A stretch of 64,000 nt of DNA from Candidatus Marinacidobacterales bacterium (GTDB lineage Bacteria; Acidobacteriota; Vicinamibacteria; Marinacidobacterales; DATDRI01): positions 1,376,001 to 1,440,000 of the forward strand of contig CBDCNP010000002.1 in NCBI GenBank assembly GCA_965219415.1, in the 5' to 3' direction. The position numbers and the translations under genes were made by a program. The first letter of the stretch is position 1; each line of letters begins with the position of its first letter. The notes under the pieces were generated by a model. It searched no databases and was not told the origin of the DNA. It saw nothing but the letters and a program-made list of their open reading frames with translations. Shown here one piece after another: positions 1 to 9,497 of this stretch.

Positions 1-1047
1 GGCGATGCGACGAGTGAAGACGAGGTTGAGGGGTGTCTGGAAGAATTGAGCGTTCTCGATGAAGAACGGTCGCCGCTCGGGGAAGAAGACTTCGAAGCGT
101 TCATTCACCGTGACTTGCGGCTCGTCGGATTCGACTTGACTGAAATCTGGATTCGCAGTGGCATCGAGTGTGAGGCTGTCCTGGATCACGAACTTCGCAT
201 CCAGCCCCACGCTTATGTCCCGGAAGTCCTCGATAAAGTCCGGACCGTCCGGGAGCTCGGGGTCGAGAGCGCGGAACGAACGCGACGCCGCGTAAGGAAT
301 GAGCTGAATGTTGCGCCCCGGGGAGATATTCTCCAACTTCATGAAGGCGGTTTGATTGAAGAAGCCTTCGATGCGACTCGAGGCTTGAGGCCAAAAGGAC
401 CAATCGTTATTGCGCGGAATCCAGCGCTCGAGGAGGAGCCCCCACGTTTGCTGATCTTCGTTAGAGAAGCGAAGACTCCTGAAGGGTAGGGCGACCCAAA
501 CGACGTACCCTTGAGCGGTACGCTCACCCCTTGAGTACCATAGCGTATCCCAAGACTCGTCCTCTCCCACGCCAGAAACAAAGAGCGAGTCGCGCTGGAT
601 GCCATATGGGTTGCACTGGAAGACCATGCCGCGCCGCTCGTCGTTGAACGTATCCAGGTTGATCCATACGAGGTCATCGTCACGATCGATGCTTTCCCGC
701 CGGCCCATGCGAGCTCGAACTCTCTCCGGCTCGTTATCGAACGCGACGAAGATGACGTAAAGATTATCGTCATCGTAGCCCCAGTAGACATCGGTGAGCT
801 CCTTGGAGGGCTCGCCGTCGTTCGGCTCACGCTGGATGAATCCAGAGACCTTGGTCAGCTCGTCTACCAGATCCGAGCTGGGCTTCATGTCCAGGAAATC
901 CTCGAGCGTGGGCTCCCTCGACACTCTATTGATGGTGACCGTCGGACGCCAGGGGACGAAGGCTTCCTGCGAGGAAAGTACGGAAGGAACAGCGAGTAAC
1001 CCTGCAGTGATGCAGAGAACGACTTTATGAGTGGTGCTCAGTTTCAT
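1..1047 (-). CDS. Secreted CBM9-like/DUF5916 family protein (partial, runs off the left edge)
   Basis: Absent from the ORF track. My translation from ATG 1047 gives a signal peptide MKLSTTHKVVLCITAG..., then GFIQREP, YDDDNLYV, LDTFNDERRG, NPYGIQRD and the family motif ANPDFSQVESD...RFEVFFPERRPFF. No stop within the window. Confidence 0.8.
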   Translation of the reverse strand, partial: MKLSTTHKVVLCITAGLLAVPSVLSSQEAFVPWRPTVTINRVSREPTLEDFLDMKPSSDLVDELTKVSGFIQREPNDGEPSKELTDVYWGYDDDNLYVIFVAFDNEPERVRARMGRRESIDRDDDLVWINLDTFNDERRGMVFQCNPYGIQRDSLFVSGVGEDESWDTLWYSRGERTAQGYVVWVALPFRSLRFSNEDQQTWGLLLERWIPRNNDWSFWPQASSRIEGFFNQTAFMKLENISPGRNIQLIPYAASRSFRALDPELPDGPDFIEDFRDISVGLDAKFVIQDSLTLDATANPDFSQVESDEPQVTVNERFEVFFPERRPFFIENAQFFQTPLNLVFTRRIA

Positions 1048-1166
1048 CCAGCGGCTTAGAAAGGGGGGGACTCAGACGATTGCTCTATCTCCCATTACCA
1101 CGCATACCCTCCTAAGGTCGCTGACGGAGTGATCCTATTGCGAAGAGAGGCGAGGCGCAAGTATTC

Positions 1167-1553
1167 CTATTTGACGGGAACAGCCAAGGTGTCGTGGTGC
1201 TCGGCCATCAGGCTACGGAGATACGCGCCGATCCGATCCGCGCCCTCGAAACCGGCGGCCTTCGCCGCCGCCTCTTGGTCCTCCGCTGACAAATCTGCAC
1301 TCTCGGCATAGTAGAACTTGGTAAAGCTTTCGACGGGATACACGAGGAGCAGATCCCATTGATCGCCCTGGCTGTGCCGCATCCAAAACGGACGCTCGTC
1401 GGGGGGGATGGCCGGCATCGTCTCCTTGAAGAGATCGATGAGCTCGGTTAGCCCACCCGGAGCCGCGCGGACCATCATGATCCGATAAAGGTAGGCCGCC
1501 TCCGCCAAAGAGGCGATGAAAACCAAGACAAGAGTCAGAACTACACTACGCAT
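1167..1553 (-). CDS. Secreted hypothetical protein, NIPSNAP-like fold, possibly internally deleted
   Basis: ATG 1553 with GGAGG upstream, signal peptide (..SLAEA), motifs RAAPG and MRHSQGDQWDL. Confidence 0.55.
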   Translation of the reverse strand: MRSVVLTLVLVFIASLAEAAYLYRIMMVRAAPGGLTELIDLFKETMPAIPPDERPFWMRHSQGDQWDLLLVYPVESFTKFYYAESADLSAEDQEAAAKAAGFEGADRIGAYLRSLMAEHHDTLAVPVK

Positions 1554-1647
1554 ACTCGATCCTCCGCGGCGGACTATATCAGGTGACCCACAGCAAGGGA
1601 ACAATTGTCCGAGGAATTACGTATTATTAAATGAGGAGGTAAAACTG

Positions 1648-1848
1648 TTGAAGTTTCTGCTTTGGCTCATTCTCTTCGTGCTTTGCTGGCCACTGGCTCT
1701 GCTGGCTCTTATTGCCTATCCCTTCGTTTGGCTGCTGCTACTGCCGTTCCGACTAGTCGGCATCACGGTGGACGCGGTTTTCGATCTTCTGAAGGCTCTT
1801 CTTCACTTGCCCGCTCGTCTACTCGGAGGACCCCCCGTACGCGCGTAA
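1648..1848 (+). CDS. Small hydrophobic membrane protein
   Basis: GAGGAGG RBS at about 1633-1639, TTG start, strongly hydrophobic KFLLWLILFVLCWPLALLAL...PFRLVG. Confidence 0.7.
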   Translation: MKFLLWLILFVLCWPLALLALIAYPFVWLLLLPFRLVGITVDAVFDLLKALLHLPARLLGGPPVRA

Positions 1849-1865
1849 GGTAAAATGCCGATTCG

Positions 1866-3224
1866 ATGGATCGGCGAAGCACGCTCCTAACTCTCGCTTT
1901 TCTTGTCGCCGCGGTCGGCTGTACGGATCGGCCTCGGCTTCCCAACGTCATCCTCATCTCTCTGGACACGGTGCGAGCCGACCACCTCAGCGTTTACGGC
2001 TACCACCGCCCCACCACTCTCAATTTGGCTCGACTCGCCCAAGAGGGTGTGGTCTTCGAGCAGGCCTTTACGCCGACTCCGTGGACGGTACCCGCCCACA
2101 TGAGCCTCTTCACCTCTCTTTATCCGTCGGTCCATTTGATCACCCACCTCACACCGCAAAGCGACATGAGCAAGATGCTCTCCGAGATGCTCAAGGACGC
2201 CGGTTATCAGACGGCGGCGTTCGTGGCTCCGGTCCTCAGCGAAGACTACGGGTTCTCCAAGGGCTTCGACCATTACTTCCGAGCTGAACGTGTGCGGCCA
2301 GCTGACATCATGGTGGATCGTGCGCTCGAATGGCTGGCTCAGAATCCGAGTAAGCCGGTCATTCGCACACAGCCTTTTTTCTTGTTCCTACATTTGTTCG
2401 ACGCTCATCATCCCTACCAACCCCCCTGGCCCTTCGACACCGCCTACGCTCCCGCCTATCGATCGAATATCCGAGAGATCAGCCGCTCCCATCCCTACGA
2501 ACAGGATAAAGACCTATCCGCGGAAGAGCTCACCGAGGTGGTCGCTCTCTACGACGGCGAGATCGCCTATGCCGATTTCGCCATTGGCCGGTTCCTCGAT
2601 GAGCTCGAGGTGTTGGGCCTCTACCACTCGTCGCTCATTGTCGTGTTGGGCGACCACGGAGAAGGATTCTTGGAACATGGACTGATGAACCATGGGAACT
2701 CTGTCTACGACGAGTTGATTCGCATCCCCCTCATGGTCCGATTCCCGGGAGCGCGCCATGCGGGCGAGAGAATCGGAGAGCCGGTTCAGCTCATCGACGT
2801 GACCCCAACGATCCTCGAGGAAGTCGGAATGATGCCGCAGCCCTCAATGCAAGGCGCGTTGTTACTGGACCCGCTTCCGGCGACCGGCTCTCGGCACTTC
2901 GCCTATGCCTCGGAAGCGTTTGCGGCTTGCCTGCGTACGAGCTCTTGGAAACTCATCGAGAACCCTCCTAGCCGGTTCGAGAAGATTCCCAGGGCAAAGC
3001 GGGTGAAGTACGAGCTCTATGATTTGGAAGAAGATCCGACGGAGCAGAACAACCTGGCGGCGGCGCTTCCCGATCGCGTCGGGTCGATGGCTCGCAAGCT
3101 ACACGCTCTCGATCAAGAGAATCGAGAACTACGGAAACGCATCCGAGAAACCCTCGACGTGAAGGAGCTCGAGCTTACGGAACAACAAGAAAGAGAGCTT
3201 CGGTCGCTCGGTTACATCCAATAG
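1866..3224 (+). CDS. Sulfatase-fold (alkaline phosphatase superfamily) lipoprotein with T-x-P-x-H motif
   Basis: Lipobox AVGC, PNVILISLDTVRADH, WTVPAHMSLFT, DHGE, C-terminal LRSLGYIQ. Confidence 0.85.
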   Translation: MDRRSTLLTLAFLVAAVGCTDRPRLPNVILISLDTVRADHLSVYGYHRPTTLNLARLAQEGVVFEQAFTPTPWTVPAHMSLFTSLYPSVHLITHLTPQSDMSKMLSEMLKDAGYQTAAFVAPVLSEDYGFSKGFDHYFRAERVRPADIMVDRALEWLAQNPSKPVIRTQPFFLFLHLFDAHHPYQPPWPFDTAYAPAYRSNIREISRSHPYEQDKDLSAEELTEVVALYDGEIAYADFAIGRFLDELEVLGLYHSSLIVVLGDHGEGFLEHGLMNHGNSVYDELIRIPLMVRFPGARHAGERIGEPVQLIDVTPTILEEVGMMPQPSMQGALLLDPLPATGSRHFAYASEAFAACLRTSSWKLIENPPSRFEKIPRAKRVKYELYDLEEDPTEQNNLAAALPDRVGSMARKLHALDQENRELRKRIRETLDVKELELTEQQERELRSLGYIQ

Positions 3225-3232
3225 CCGATCGA

Positions 3233-3790
3233 TCACATCCCCGGCTCGATCTCGGTCACGATCCACTCGGCGGGTGGCCGAGTCCCGGTTTGCGGATTCT
3301 CGAGAGAATATTTCTTCATCGTCAAGGAGAACGTTCTTTCGTCACTTTGCTTCGATTGGACATTCACCTCGACCTCTACCACTTCAACCCTTCCTTCGAG
3401 CGCATCGATCGGCGACCACGTGCGAAGCGACTTGCGGGCCGCTTCTCGTTGCTCCTCGAGCTCACGTCGAAGCCGGTCGATGCGAAACTGGATACGTAGC
3501 CGTTCTGCTTCGTTGTTCTCGGCCAACGCGGCATTTCTGGCCGCTCGAGCCTGATTTAACTTTCGTTGAATCTCCTCGCGGTCGAAGGGCTCCTCGCGTG
3601 GCGTCGTCGTGCGAGTGATACGCCACGAGGCAACCTCGAACGGAAGAGGGACGATCGATATCTTGGCAAGGGTCACCAAGTCTCGATTCTTGGTGGCGCT
3701 GACAAACTCGTTGGCTACGTCCTGCTGCGATCTGCCACATGCCAAAACCATCAACACAATGCCCGCGACGACCGGCCAGGGTCCGCGCAT
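3233..3790 (-). CDS. Hypothetical lipoprotein with a coiled-coil insert
   Basis: ATG 3790 MRGPWPVVAGIVLMVLAC (lipobox) and a charged heptad segment; lies directly downstream of the ABC permease. Confidence 0.6.
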   Translation of the reverse strand: MRGPWPVVAGIVLMVLACGRSQQDVANEFVSATKNRDLVTLAKISIVPLPFEVASWRITRTTTPREEPFDREEIQRKLNQARAARNAALAENNEAERLRIQFRIDRLRRELEEQREAARKSLRTWSPIDALEGRVEVVEVEVNVQSKQSDERTFSLTMKKYSLENPQTGTRPPAEWIVTEIEPGM

Positions 3791-3810
3791 CGGTTGCAAC
3801 ACTCGCAACT

Positions 3811-6360
3811 CTACCCGGCGCGAAGAACCGCGAGAGGCTTCTTCCGGAGGATGTCCATCGTGGTGACGATCCCGACGAGGCTGACTCCCAGCGCGGTGAG
3901 CGGTATTCCGGCAAGGCTCAGCCAGAAATTGGGTTGCCAAGGGATTTCAAACAAGTAGCGACACAAGACCCACGTCAGTAAAGGTGCGCCTAGGCCGCCG
4001 ACCGCCCCGGCCAAGGCACCGAGCGTTCCGTACTCGAGGAGGACCATCGTCCTTATGGTTTTTCCACTCGCTCCGAGCGTCCGCAGTATCGATGACTCGT
4101 ACTGGCGTTGAAACTTCGTCATGGCCACCGATCCAACGAGGATCATGGCTCCGCTGAGGAGTGCGATCGCGCCTACCAGCGTGATGGCGAGCGCGAGTTT
4201 CTCGACGAGACCATGGAGAATCAGCAAGATGTCTCGGAGATCGACGACCGATACATTTTGGAACTCAGAAATCACGTCACGCTGCATCCGTGCACGCGCC
4301 ATCGTATCGAGTGGGGCCTTCACGAACCCGAGGAACGTGTGAGGCGCATTGGCAAGTGCGCCCGGTCTAAAAACGAACATGAAGCCGCCGTTGCGCGCAT
4401 CGTTCCAATCGACTTCACGAATGCTGGTCACGCGGGCACTCACCGCCCGACCCAGTATGTCGAAACGCATCGTGTCGCCGACCTGAATTCCGAAATCTTC
4501 CTGTAGGCCCGGCTCGACCGACACTTCGGCTTCGGTGGAAGGCGTGGCATCCCAAAAGCGGCCTTCCACTACCTGTTCGTTGGGATCCAAGTGATCCCGA
4601 TAGGTGACGGTAAACTCACGCCCCAACCAACGGTGCTCGCGAACCTCCTCGTACCCCTCCAGGTTGAGCTCGGCACCCTGGACTGCGGTCACTCGAGCCC
4701 GCAGAACCGGCACCATCCGGACCTCGCGTGCACCGAGAGACATCAGCAGTTTCTCCGCCGGCTCGGCCTGATCCGGTTGAACGTCTATCAGGAACATGTC
4801 CGGCGCATCGTCTCGAAGCTCCAACGTGAATTGTTCGAGGAGATTCGTTTCCGTACCCCGCGTGCCGAGGATGAAGAACGTACCGAGCCCGACCGCGAGC
4901 AATACCATGCGCGTTTGGTTCCCCGGTCGACTCAGACTTAGGACCGCATGACGTAAAGGAAACCAGCCCCTCCGCCCCAGGGGCCTCACCAGCCCGACAA
5001 GCAGGCTGCCAGTGAGATGGAGAACGAGGGCCACCGCGGCGAACCCGATGGTCACGAAAAGCCCCACCCGAAGCGATCCAGCCTGCCAGCTAGCGAGCGC
5101 AAGGAGAGCGAGCAGCACGATTGCGGCAGCCCCTAGCTCCCAGCGATCGACCGCCTGCCATCGGCTCTTCCCCTGGATAACCGAGCGGTCCACTTCTTGC
5201 CGAAGAAGGAGAAGCGGCTTGATGTGTCTCGACTCCATCAGCGGAATCAGCGAGAACAGGACCGAGACAAGAATACCGATGCCGATCCCCTGGAGCATGG
5301 CCGAGCCGGTGAGGCCATAGTCGTCCATCCTGAGCCCCGCCACCACGCCAGGCGGAACCGCCTCCACCCCAAAGTGAGCAATGACCAGCCCGAGAACGCT
5401 GCCGCCTAACCCGAGGAACAATACCTGGAGTAGATAGATGCCGAAGATCTGTTTGGTGCTTGCCCCAACGCACTTGAGGATGGCGATGCTTCTGAGCCTC
5501 CTCCGCATGAAGACGCCCACCACGCTCCAGATCCCGATCCCTCCGAGGATTACGATCACGAAACCCACCAGGCTCAGATAGTTCTCCGCTCGTTCCAAGC
5601 GGCGTCCTATCCGATCACCGTTCTCTCGATAGGAACGCACCCACGCGTACTCACTTGCTATCGCCTGCTCCAGGGTCTCGACCAAGGGCTCGATGCTCGC
5701 CTCGTAAGTACGAAGGAGAATCTGGTAACGCACTCGCCCTCCGACACCGAAGAGCTCCGACTTCGTGAAGTCGTCGTAGTCGACAAGCACCCGCGGCCCG
5801 AATCTGAAAACGCCCAATCGCTGCCCCGGCTCCTTGGCGATCACGTCACGAACGGTGTACCTCTGGCCACCGATGGTCATCCCGTCGCCCACATCTATAC
5901 CGAGCCGCGTCAATAGCTCGGGGCGCACCACCGCGCCCCGCTCTCTAAACAGCTCGTGAGAGTAAGGCCGACCGCTTTCGAGCAGAAGCTCACCGTAAAG
6001 TGGGAACTCAGACTGAAGAGCCCGCAGCTCGATCATGGTGGCCACGGCATTTTCATCGTTTACCGGGCGGGCCATCGTCGCCGTCTCGATGGCTTCGGTC
6101 CGCCCAAGGATGGTGTAGTCCGAAAGCCGTTCGTCAATGAGCGCCCGAGTGTCGTTCGCCCAAGGTTGGCTGCTTTGAACGATGACGGCGGCGGCGGTGA
6201 GCGTTTTCGCCTCTTTCACCAGCGTGGCGCGGATGTTTTGGATGACAGACCGAAGGGCGACGATGGCGGCCACACCGATAGCCACGCAGATGAAGAAGAA
6301 GAGCAAACGCCTCCAGGAGGCACGCATCTCACGAGCCGCCATGCGAAGTACGAACTTCAC
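3811..6360 (-). CDS. ybbP: YbbP-like ABC transporter permease (FtsX/MacB-type, two repeats)
   Basis: 849 aa; REMRASWRR...IAIGVAAIVAL, AILKCVGAS, PDMFLIDVQPDQ and ILRTLGAS motifs; follows the ATPase gene. Confidence 0.85.
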   Translation of the reverse strand: MKFVLRMAAREMRASWRRLLFFFICVAIGVAAIVALRSVIQNIRATLVKEAKTLTAAAVIVQSSQPWANDTRALIDERLSDYTILGRTEAIETATMARPVNDENAVATMIELRALQSEFPLYGELLLESGRPYSHELFRERGAVVRPELLTRLGIDVGDGMTIGGQRYTVRDVIAKEPGQRLGVFRFGPRVLVDYDDFTKSELFGVGGRVRYQILLRTYEASIEPLVETLEQAIASEYAWVRSYRENGDRIGRRLERAENYLSLVGFVIVILGGIGIWSVVGVFMRRRLRSIAILKCVGASTKQIFGIYLLQVLFLGLGGSVLGLVIAHFGVEAVPPGVVAGLRMDDYGLTGSAMLQGIGIGILVSVLFSLIPLMESRHIKPLLLLRQEVDRSVIQGKSRWQAVDRWELGAAAIVLLALLALASWQAGSLRVGLFVTIGFAAVALVLHLTGSLLVGLVRPLGRRGWFPLRHAVLSLSRPGNQTRMVLLAVGLGTFFILGTRGTETNLLEQFTLELRDDAPDMFLIDVQPDQAEPAEKLLMSLGAREVRMVPVLRARVTAVQGAELNLEGYEEVREHRWLGREFTVTYRDHLDPNEQVVEGRFWDATPSTEAEVSVEPGLQEDFGIQVGDTMRFDILGRAVSARVTSIREVDWNDARNGGFMFVFRPGALANAPHTFLGFVKAPLDTMARARMQRDVISEFQNVSVVDLRDILLILHGLVEKLALAITLVGAIALLSGAMILVGSVAMTKFQRQYESSILRTLGASGKTIRTMVLLEYGTLGALAGAVGGLGAPLLTWVLCRYLFEIPWQPNFWLSLAGIPLTALGVSLVGIVTTMDILRKKPLAVLRAG

Positions 6361-7058
6361 GGCGAGTTGCTCGTGGTAACGCTTTTCGAAAGCTCCCGAC
6401 GGTTTTCCGCTCGGCCGCCCCGCAGCGTCAAGATCACGTCGCCTTGATCGGCGAGCTCGGCGTCATGTGTGGCGAGGACAATAGTAGTCTTACGTGACCG
6501 GTGCACTCCCACCAGTAGATCGATGATGTGGCGCCCGTTGGCACTGTCCAAGTTCCCGGTCGGCTCATCGGCCAGGAGTATGGGTGGATCGTTCGCCAGT
6601 GCGCGGGCGATCGCCACCCGCTGCTGCTCACCACCAGACAACTGGGCGGGGTAATGATGCCCGCGGTCGGAGAGGCCCACCTCATCCAAAAGCTGGTGGG
6701 CTTTCTCCGCCGGGCTCGCAGCTTCGGCCAACTCCATGGGCACCAGCACGTTCTCGTAAGCAGTCAGCGATGGAATGAGATGAAAGAACTGAAAAACGAA
6801 TCCGATTTTGTCGCCGCGAAGACGGGCCAAACGATCTTCGTCCAACGCGGTGATGTCCTCTCCATCGATGAGGACATCGCCCGCAGTTGGGGAATCCAAT
6901 CCGGCGATGAGCCCCAACAGCGTCGATTTTCCGCTGCCCGAGGGGCCAACCACCGACAGAAATTGCCCTGAAGGCACATGAAGATCGAGCGTGTGAAGTA
7001 TGGTGAGCTGTTCGGAGCCGCTGGCGACGGTCTTGGAAACGCTTTTGAGCTCGATCAT
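6357..7058 (-). CDS. ybbA: YbbA/LolD-like ABC transporter ATP-binding protein
   Basis: Walker [24 protein letters not shown], Walker [12 protein letters not shown]. The likely start ATG 7058 overlaps the tesA stop. Confidence 0.9.
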   Translation of the reverse strand: MIELKSVSKTVASGSEQLTILHTLDLHVPSGQFLSVVGPSGSGKSTLLGLIAGLDSPTAGDVLIDGEDITALDEDRLARLRGDKIGFVFQFFHLIPSLTAYENVLVPMELAEAASPAEKAHQLLDEVGLSDRGHHYPAQLSGGEQQRVAIARALANDPPILLADEPTGNLDSANGRHIIDLLVGVHRSRKTTIVLATHDAELADQGDVILTLRGGRAENRRELSKSVTTSNSP

Positions 7059-7756
7059 GGATGGGCAAGGGTCGCCAACATCGGCTCGAGGATCGTCCAA
7101 ACGTTATCGGCAATCACGCGCGCGCCTTTCGAATTGGGATGGATACCGTCGGGCTGGTTCAAGGTGCGGTGGCCGGCGATATCCTGCAGTAGGAACGAAA
7201 GGACAGCAACGTCGTACTCCTCTTCCAACTCACTAAACACTTGCCGAAATTCAGCGGTATAAGACGTACCCAAGTTAGGAGGGGCTTCCATACCCGCCAG
7301 AAGCACCGCAACCCCGCGCGACTGGGCGCGCTCGATCATGGTGGCTAAATTTCGCTTCATCTCCGCCACCGGTAGGCCTCGAAGTCCATCGTTACCACCC
7401 AAAGCGATTATCAAAACGCGGACGTCTCCTTCTAGGACCCAATCGAGTCGTCGAAGACCACCCGCCGTTGTATCCCCGGAGACGCCAGCGTTGACGACTT
7501 CGAACGGGTAACCCCGTTCGTCCAGTCGCTCTTGCAGAACTGCTGGATAGGCCTCGTCTAGGTGCAAACCGAAACCAGCGGTCAGGCTGTCGCCCAAGGC
7601 GACGATTTTCGGCCCACTCGGGACCACGGTGACTTCTGATGGCAGGGTTTCTGTTTGCCCCGGCTTTGGCTTGCCAGTTTTACATCCTGGACCCGTCGTC
7701 GACCAGAGGCCGATAGAGAGGATAGCAACGACCAACCGCAGAGACGCCGGCAACAT
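7055..7756 (-). CDS. tesA: Arylesterase/acyl-CoA thioesterase I (SGNH/GDSL hydrolase), exported
   Basis: GDSLTAG, NAGVSGDT, GGNDG and DGIHPN catalytic blocks; N-terminal signal. Confidence 0.9.
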   Translation of the reverse strand: MLPASLRLVVAILSIGLWSTTGPGCKTGKPKPGQTETLPSEVTVVPSGPKIVALGDSLTAGFGLHLDEAYPAVLQERLDERGYPFEVVNAGVSGDTTAGGLRRLDWVLEGDVRVLIIALGGNDGLRGLPVAEMKRNLATMIERAQSRGVAVLLAGMEAPPNLGTSYTAEFRQVFSELEEEYDVAVLSFLLQDIAGHRTLNQPDGIHPNSKGARVIADNVWTILEPMLATLAHP

Positions 7757-7877
7757 GCGCCCAGCTTAGCACAGCGGTATGCTACACTGAGGTCAATCGG
7801 GATCTCTGTAAAGACTAACCCGCAAAGACTTCAAGGCAGGAGTCCATTCTTTCAAAAACTGACAAAGGAGGTACACC

Positions 7878-8192
7878 GTGATCTTGAGTAACACGGAAAC
7901 CATCCCCGGCAAGACGATCCGCGAGTTCTACGGAGTCGTAACCGGAAGCACGGTTCGAGCGAAGCACGTGGGGCGGGACATCATGGCCGGCCTCAAGAAT
8001 ATCGTCGGTGGAGAGCTCACCGGCTACACCGAGCTCCTCAACGAGGCTCGCACGGAAGCGTTGGAGCGAATGAAACAGCAGGCGCAGTCAGTGGGCGCCA
8101 ACGCCGTCGTGAACGTACGCTTTTCCACAAGCTCCGTTGCCCAGGGGGCCGCTGAGCTCTTCGCCTATGGAACCGCCGTCAAGGTGGAGTAA
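7878..8192 (+). CDS. ybjQ: YbjQ (UPF0145) family protein
   Basis: AAGGAGG RBS; GRDIMAGLKNIVGGELTGYTELL...GANAVVNVRF...AYGTAV. Confidence 0.9.
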   Translation: MILSNTETIPGKTIREFYGVVTGSTVRAKHVGRDIMAGLKNIVGGELTGYTELLNEARTEALERMKQQAQSVGANAVVNVRFSTSSVAQGAAELFAYGTAVKVE

Positions 8193-8194
8193 CC

Positions 8195-8668
8195 ATGGAA
8201 GCCTGGATCCAGATCATCTTTAATCTGGGGCTCCCTCTCCTTGTGTTCGTGGGGGCGTACTTCACGGGAACGGCTATCGAGCGTCGTCACTTTCGGAATC
8301 TCAGAGTTCGAGAGAACGCCTTCCGACGTTTCCTCACCGTCACATTCCCGTACGTTCCCGAGGACCGCGAGGTCGTAGCGTCCGAGCTCGTAACTGGAAG
8401 CGTCGTTGTCTCCATCGACCACTTCAAGCGGTTTCTCGCCGGACTACGTATGTTGTTCGGCGGACGCATCACGGCCTATGAAACGCTACTCGATCGAGGA
8501 CGGCGCGAAGCCATCATGCGTCTCAAAGAAAACAGCAGGCAGCGCGGTTTTCAGGCGGTGATCAATCTGAGGCTGGAGACGTCGCGGCTCGCAAGCTCCC
8601 GAGGGGATCGGGGCACCGCCGGAGTCGAAGTCCTCGCGTTCGGAACCGCATTGAGATTTGGTAAGTGA
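8195..8668 (+). CDS. YbjQ-like protein with an N-terminal membrane anchor
   Basis: N-terminal TM helix; FGGRITAYETLLDRGRREA, VINLRLET, LAFGTA. Confidence 0.8.
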   Translation: MEAWIQIIFNLGLPLLVFVGAYFTGTAIERRHFRNLRVRENAFRRFLTVTFPYVPEDREVVASELVTGSVVVSIDHFKRFLAGLRMLFGGRITAYETLLDRGRREAIMRLKENSRQRGFQAVINLRLETSRLASSRGDRGTAGVEVLAFGTALRFGK

Positions 8669-9497
8669 CACTTTGAACCACAAGCCTCGCCTGCCCCGAG
8701 AAGACGTCAACTACTCGCGCACGAGCGTGGGCCGCGAGACGGTCCTCCTCGTCGGTGGCTTGATCGGGGCGGCCGGCGTATTCGTCCTCCTTATCGCCCT
8801 CACCGTGGATCTCATCGTGCCGCTCATCCCGATTTCGTGGGAAGCGAGAGTCTTCCCCGGCTTCTCAACGCTTTTCGCACCCGAGGCAACGGACGAAGAC
8901 CGTGAGCGTCGTGAGAAACTACAAACGTTGGTGGACCGGATCGCATCCCATTGGCCCGACAACCCCTACGAGGTCCGTGCCGACGTGATGGAAGAGGGGC
9001 AGGACAATGCGTTCGCGTTTCCGGGCGGGCTGGTGCTCGTTACGTCCGGGATGCTGGACCATGTCCAAAGTGAGAACGAGCTCGCCTTTATCGTGGGCCA
9101 TGAGCTGGGACACTTCCGCAATCGCGACCACCTGCGCCATCTGGGCCGGGGCGTGGCCCTTGGTCTTTTGGTCGCAGTGATACGGGGAACAGGTGGAGGT
9201 GAGTCGGCCACCGCTCTTGTCGCTCTCGCGGGGAGCTTCACGACGCGGAGTTTCGGAAGGGCTCAGGAAGAAGCGGCCGATGCGTTTGGACTGGAGCTCG
9301 TCCATGAAGAGTACGGCACCGTCGCCGGCGCGTGGGACTTTTTCGAGCGGCTCCCCCAGTCGAAGCCGAGCGTCGGACGCCATGTCGCGAGCTATTTATC
9401 GACCCACCCTCTCAACAACGAGCGCATCGAGGCGATGGACCAACTTGCTTCCGAGCGCAGTTGGTCTACCGAGGGCGATGTGCAACCACTCAACTAA
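8658..9497 (+). CDS. M48 family zinc metallopeptidase
   Basis: TM anchor; NAFAFPGG, HELGH, EEAAD and STHP motifs. Confidence 0.9.
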   Translation: MVSDTLNHKPRLPREDVNYSRTSVGRETVLLVGGLIGAAGVFVLLIALTVDLIVPLIPISWEARVFPGFSTLFAPEATDEDRERREKLQTLVDRIASHWPDNPYEVRADVMEEGQDNAFAFPGGLVLVTSGMLDHVQSENELAFIVGHELGHFRNRDHLRHLGRGVALGLLVAVIRGTGGGESATALVALAGSFTTRSFGRAQEEAADAFGLELVHEEYGTVAGAWDFFERLPQSKPSVGRHVASYLSTHPLNNERIEAMDQLASERSWSTEGDVQPLN

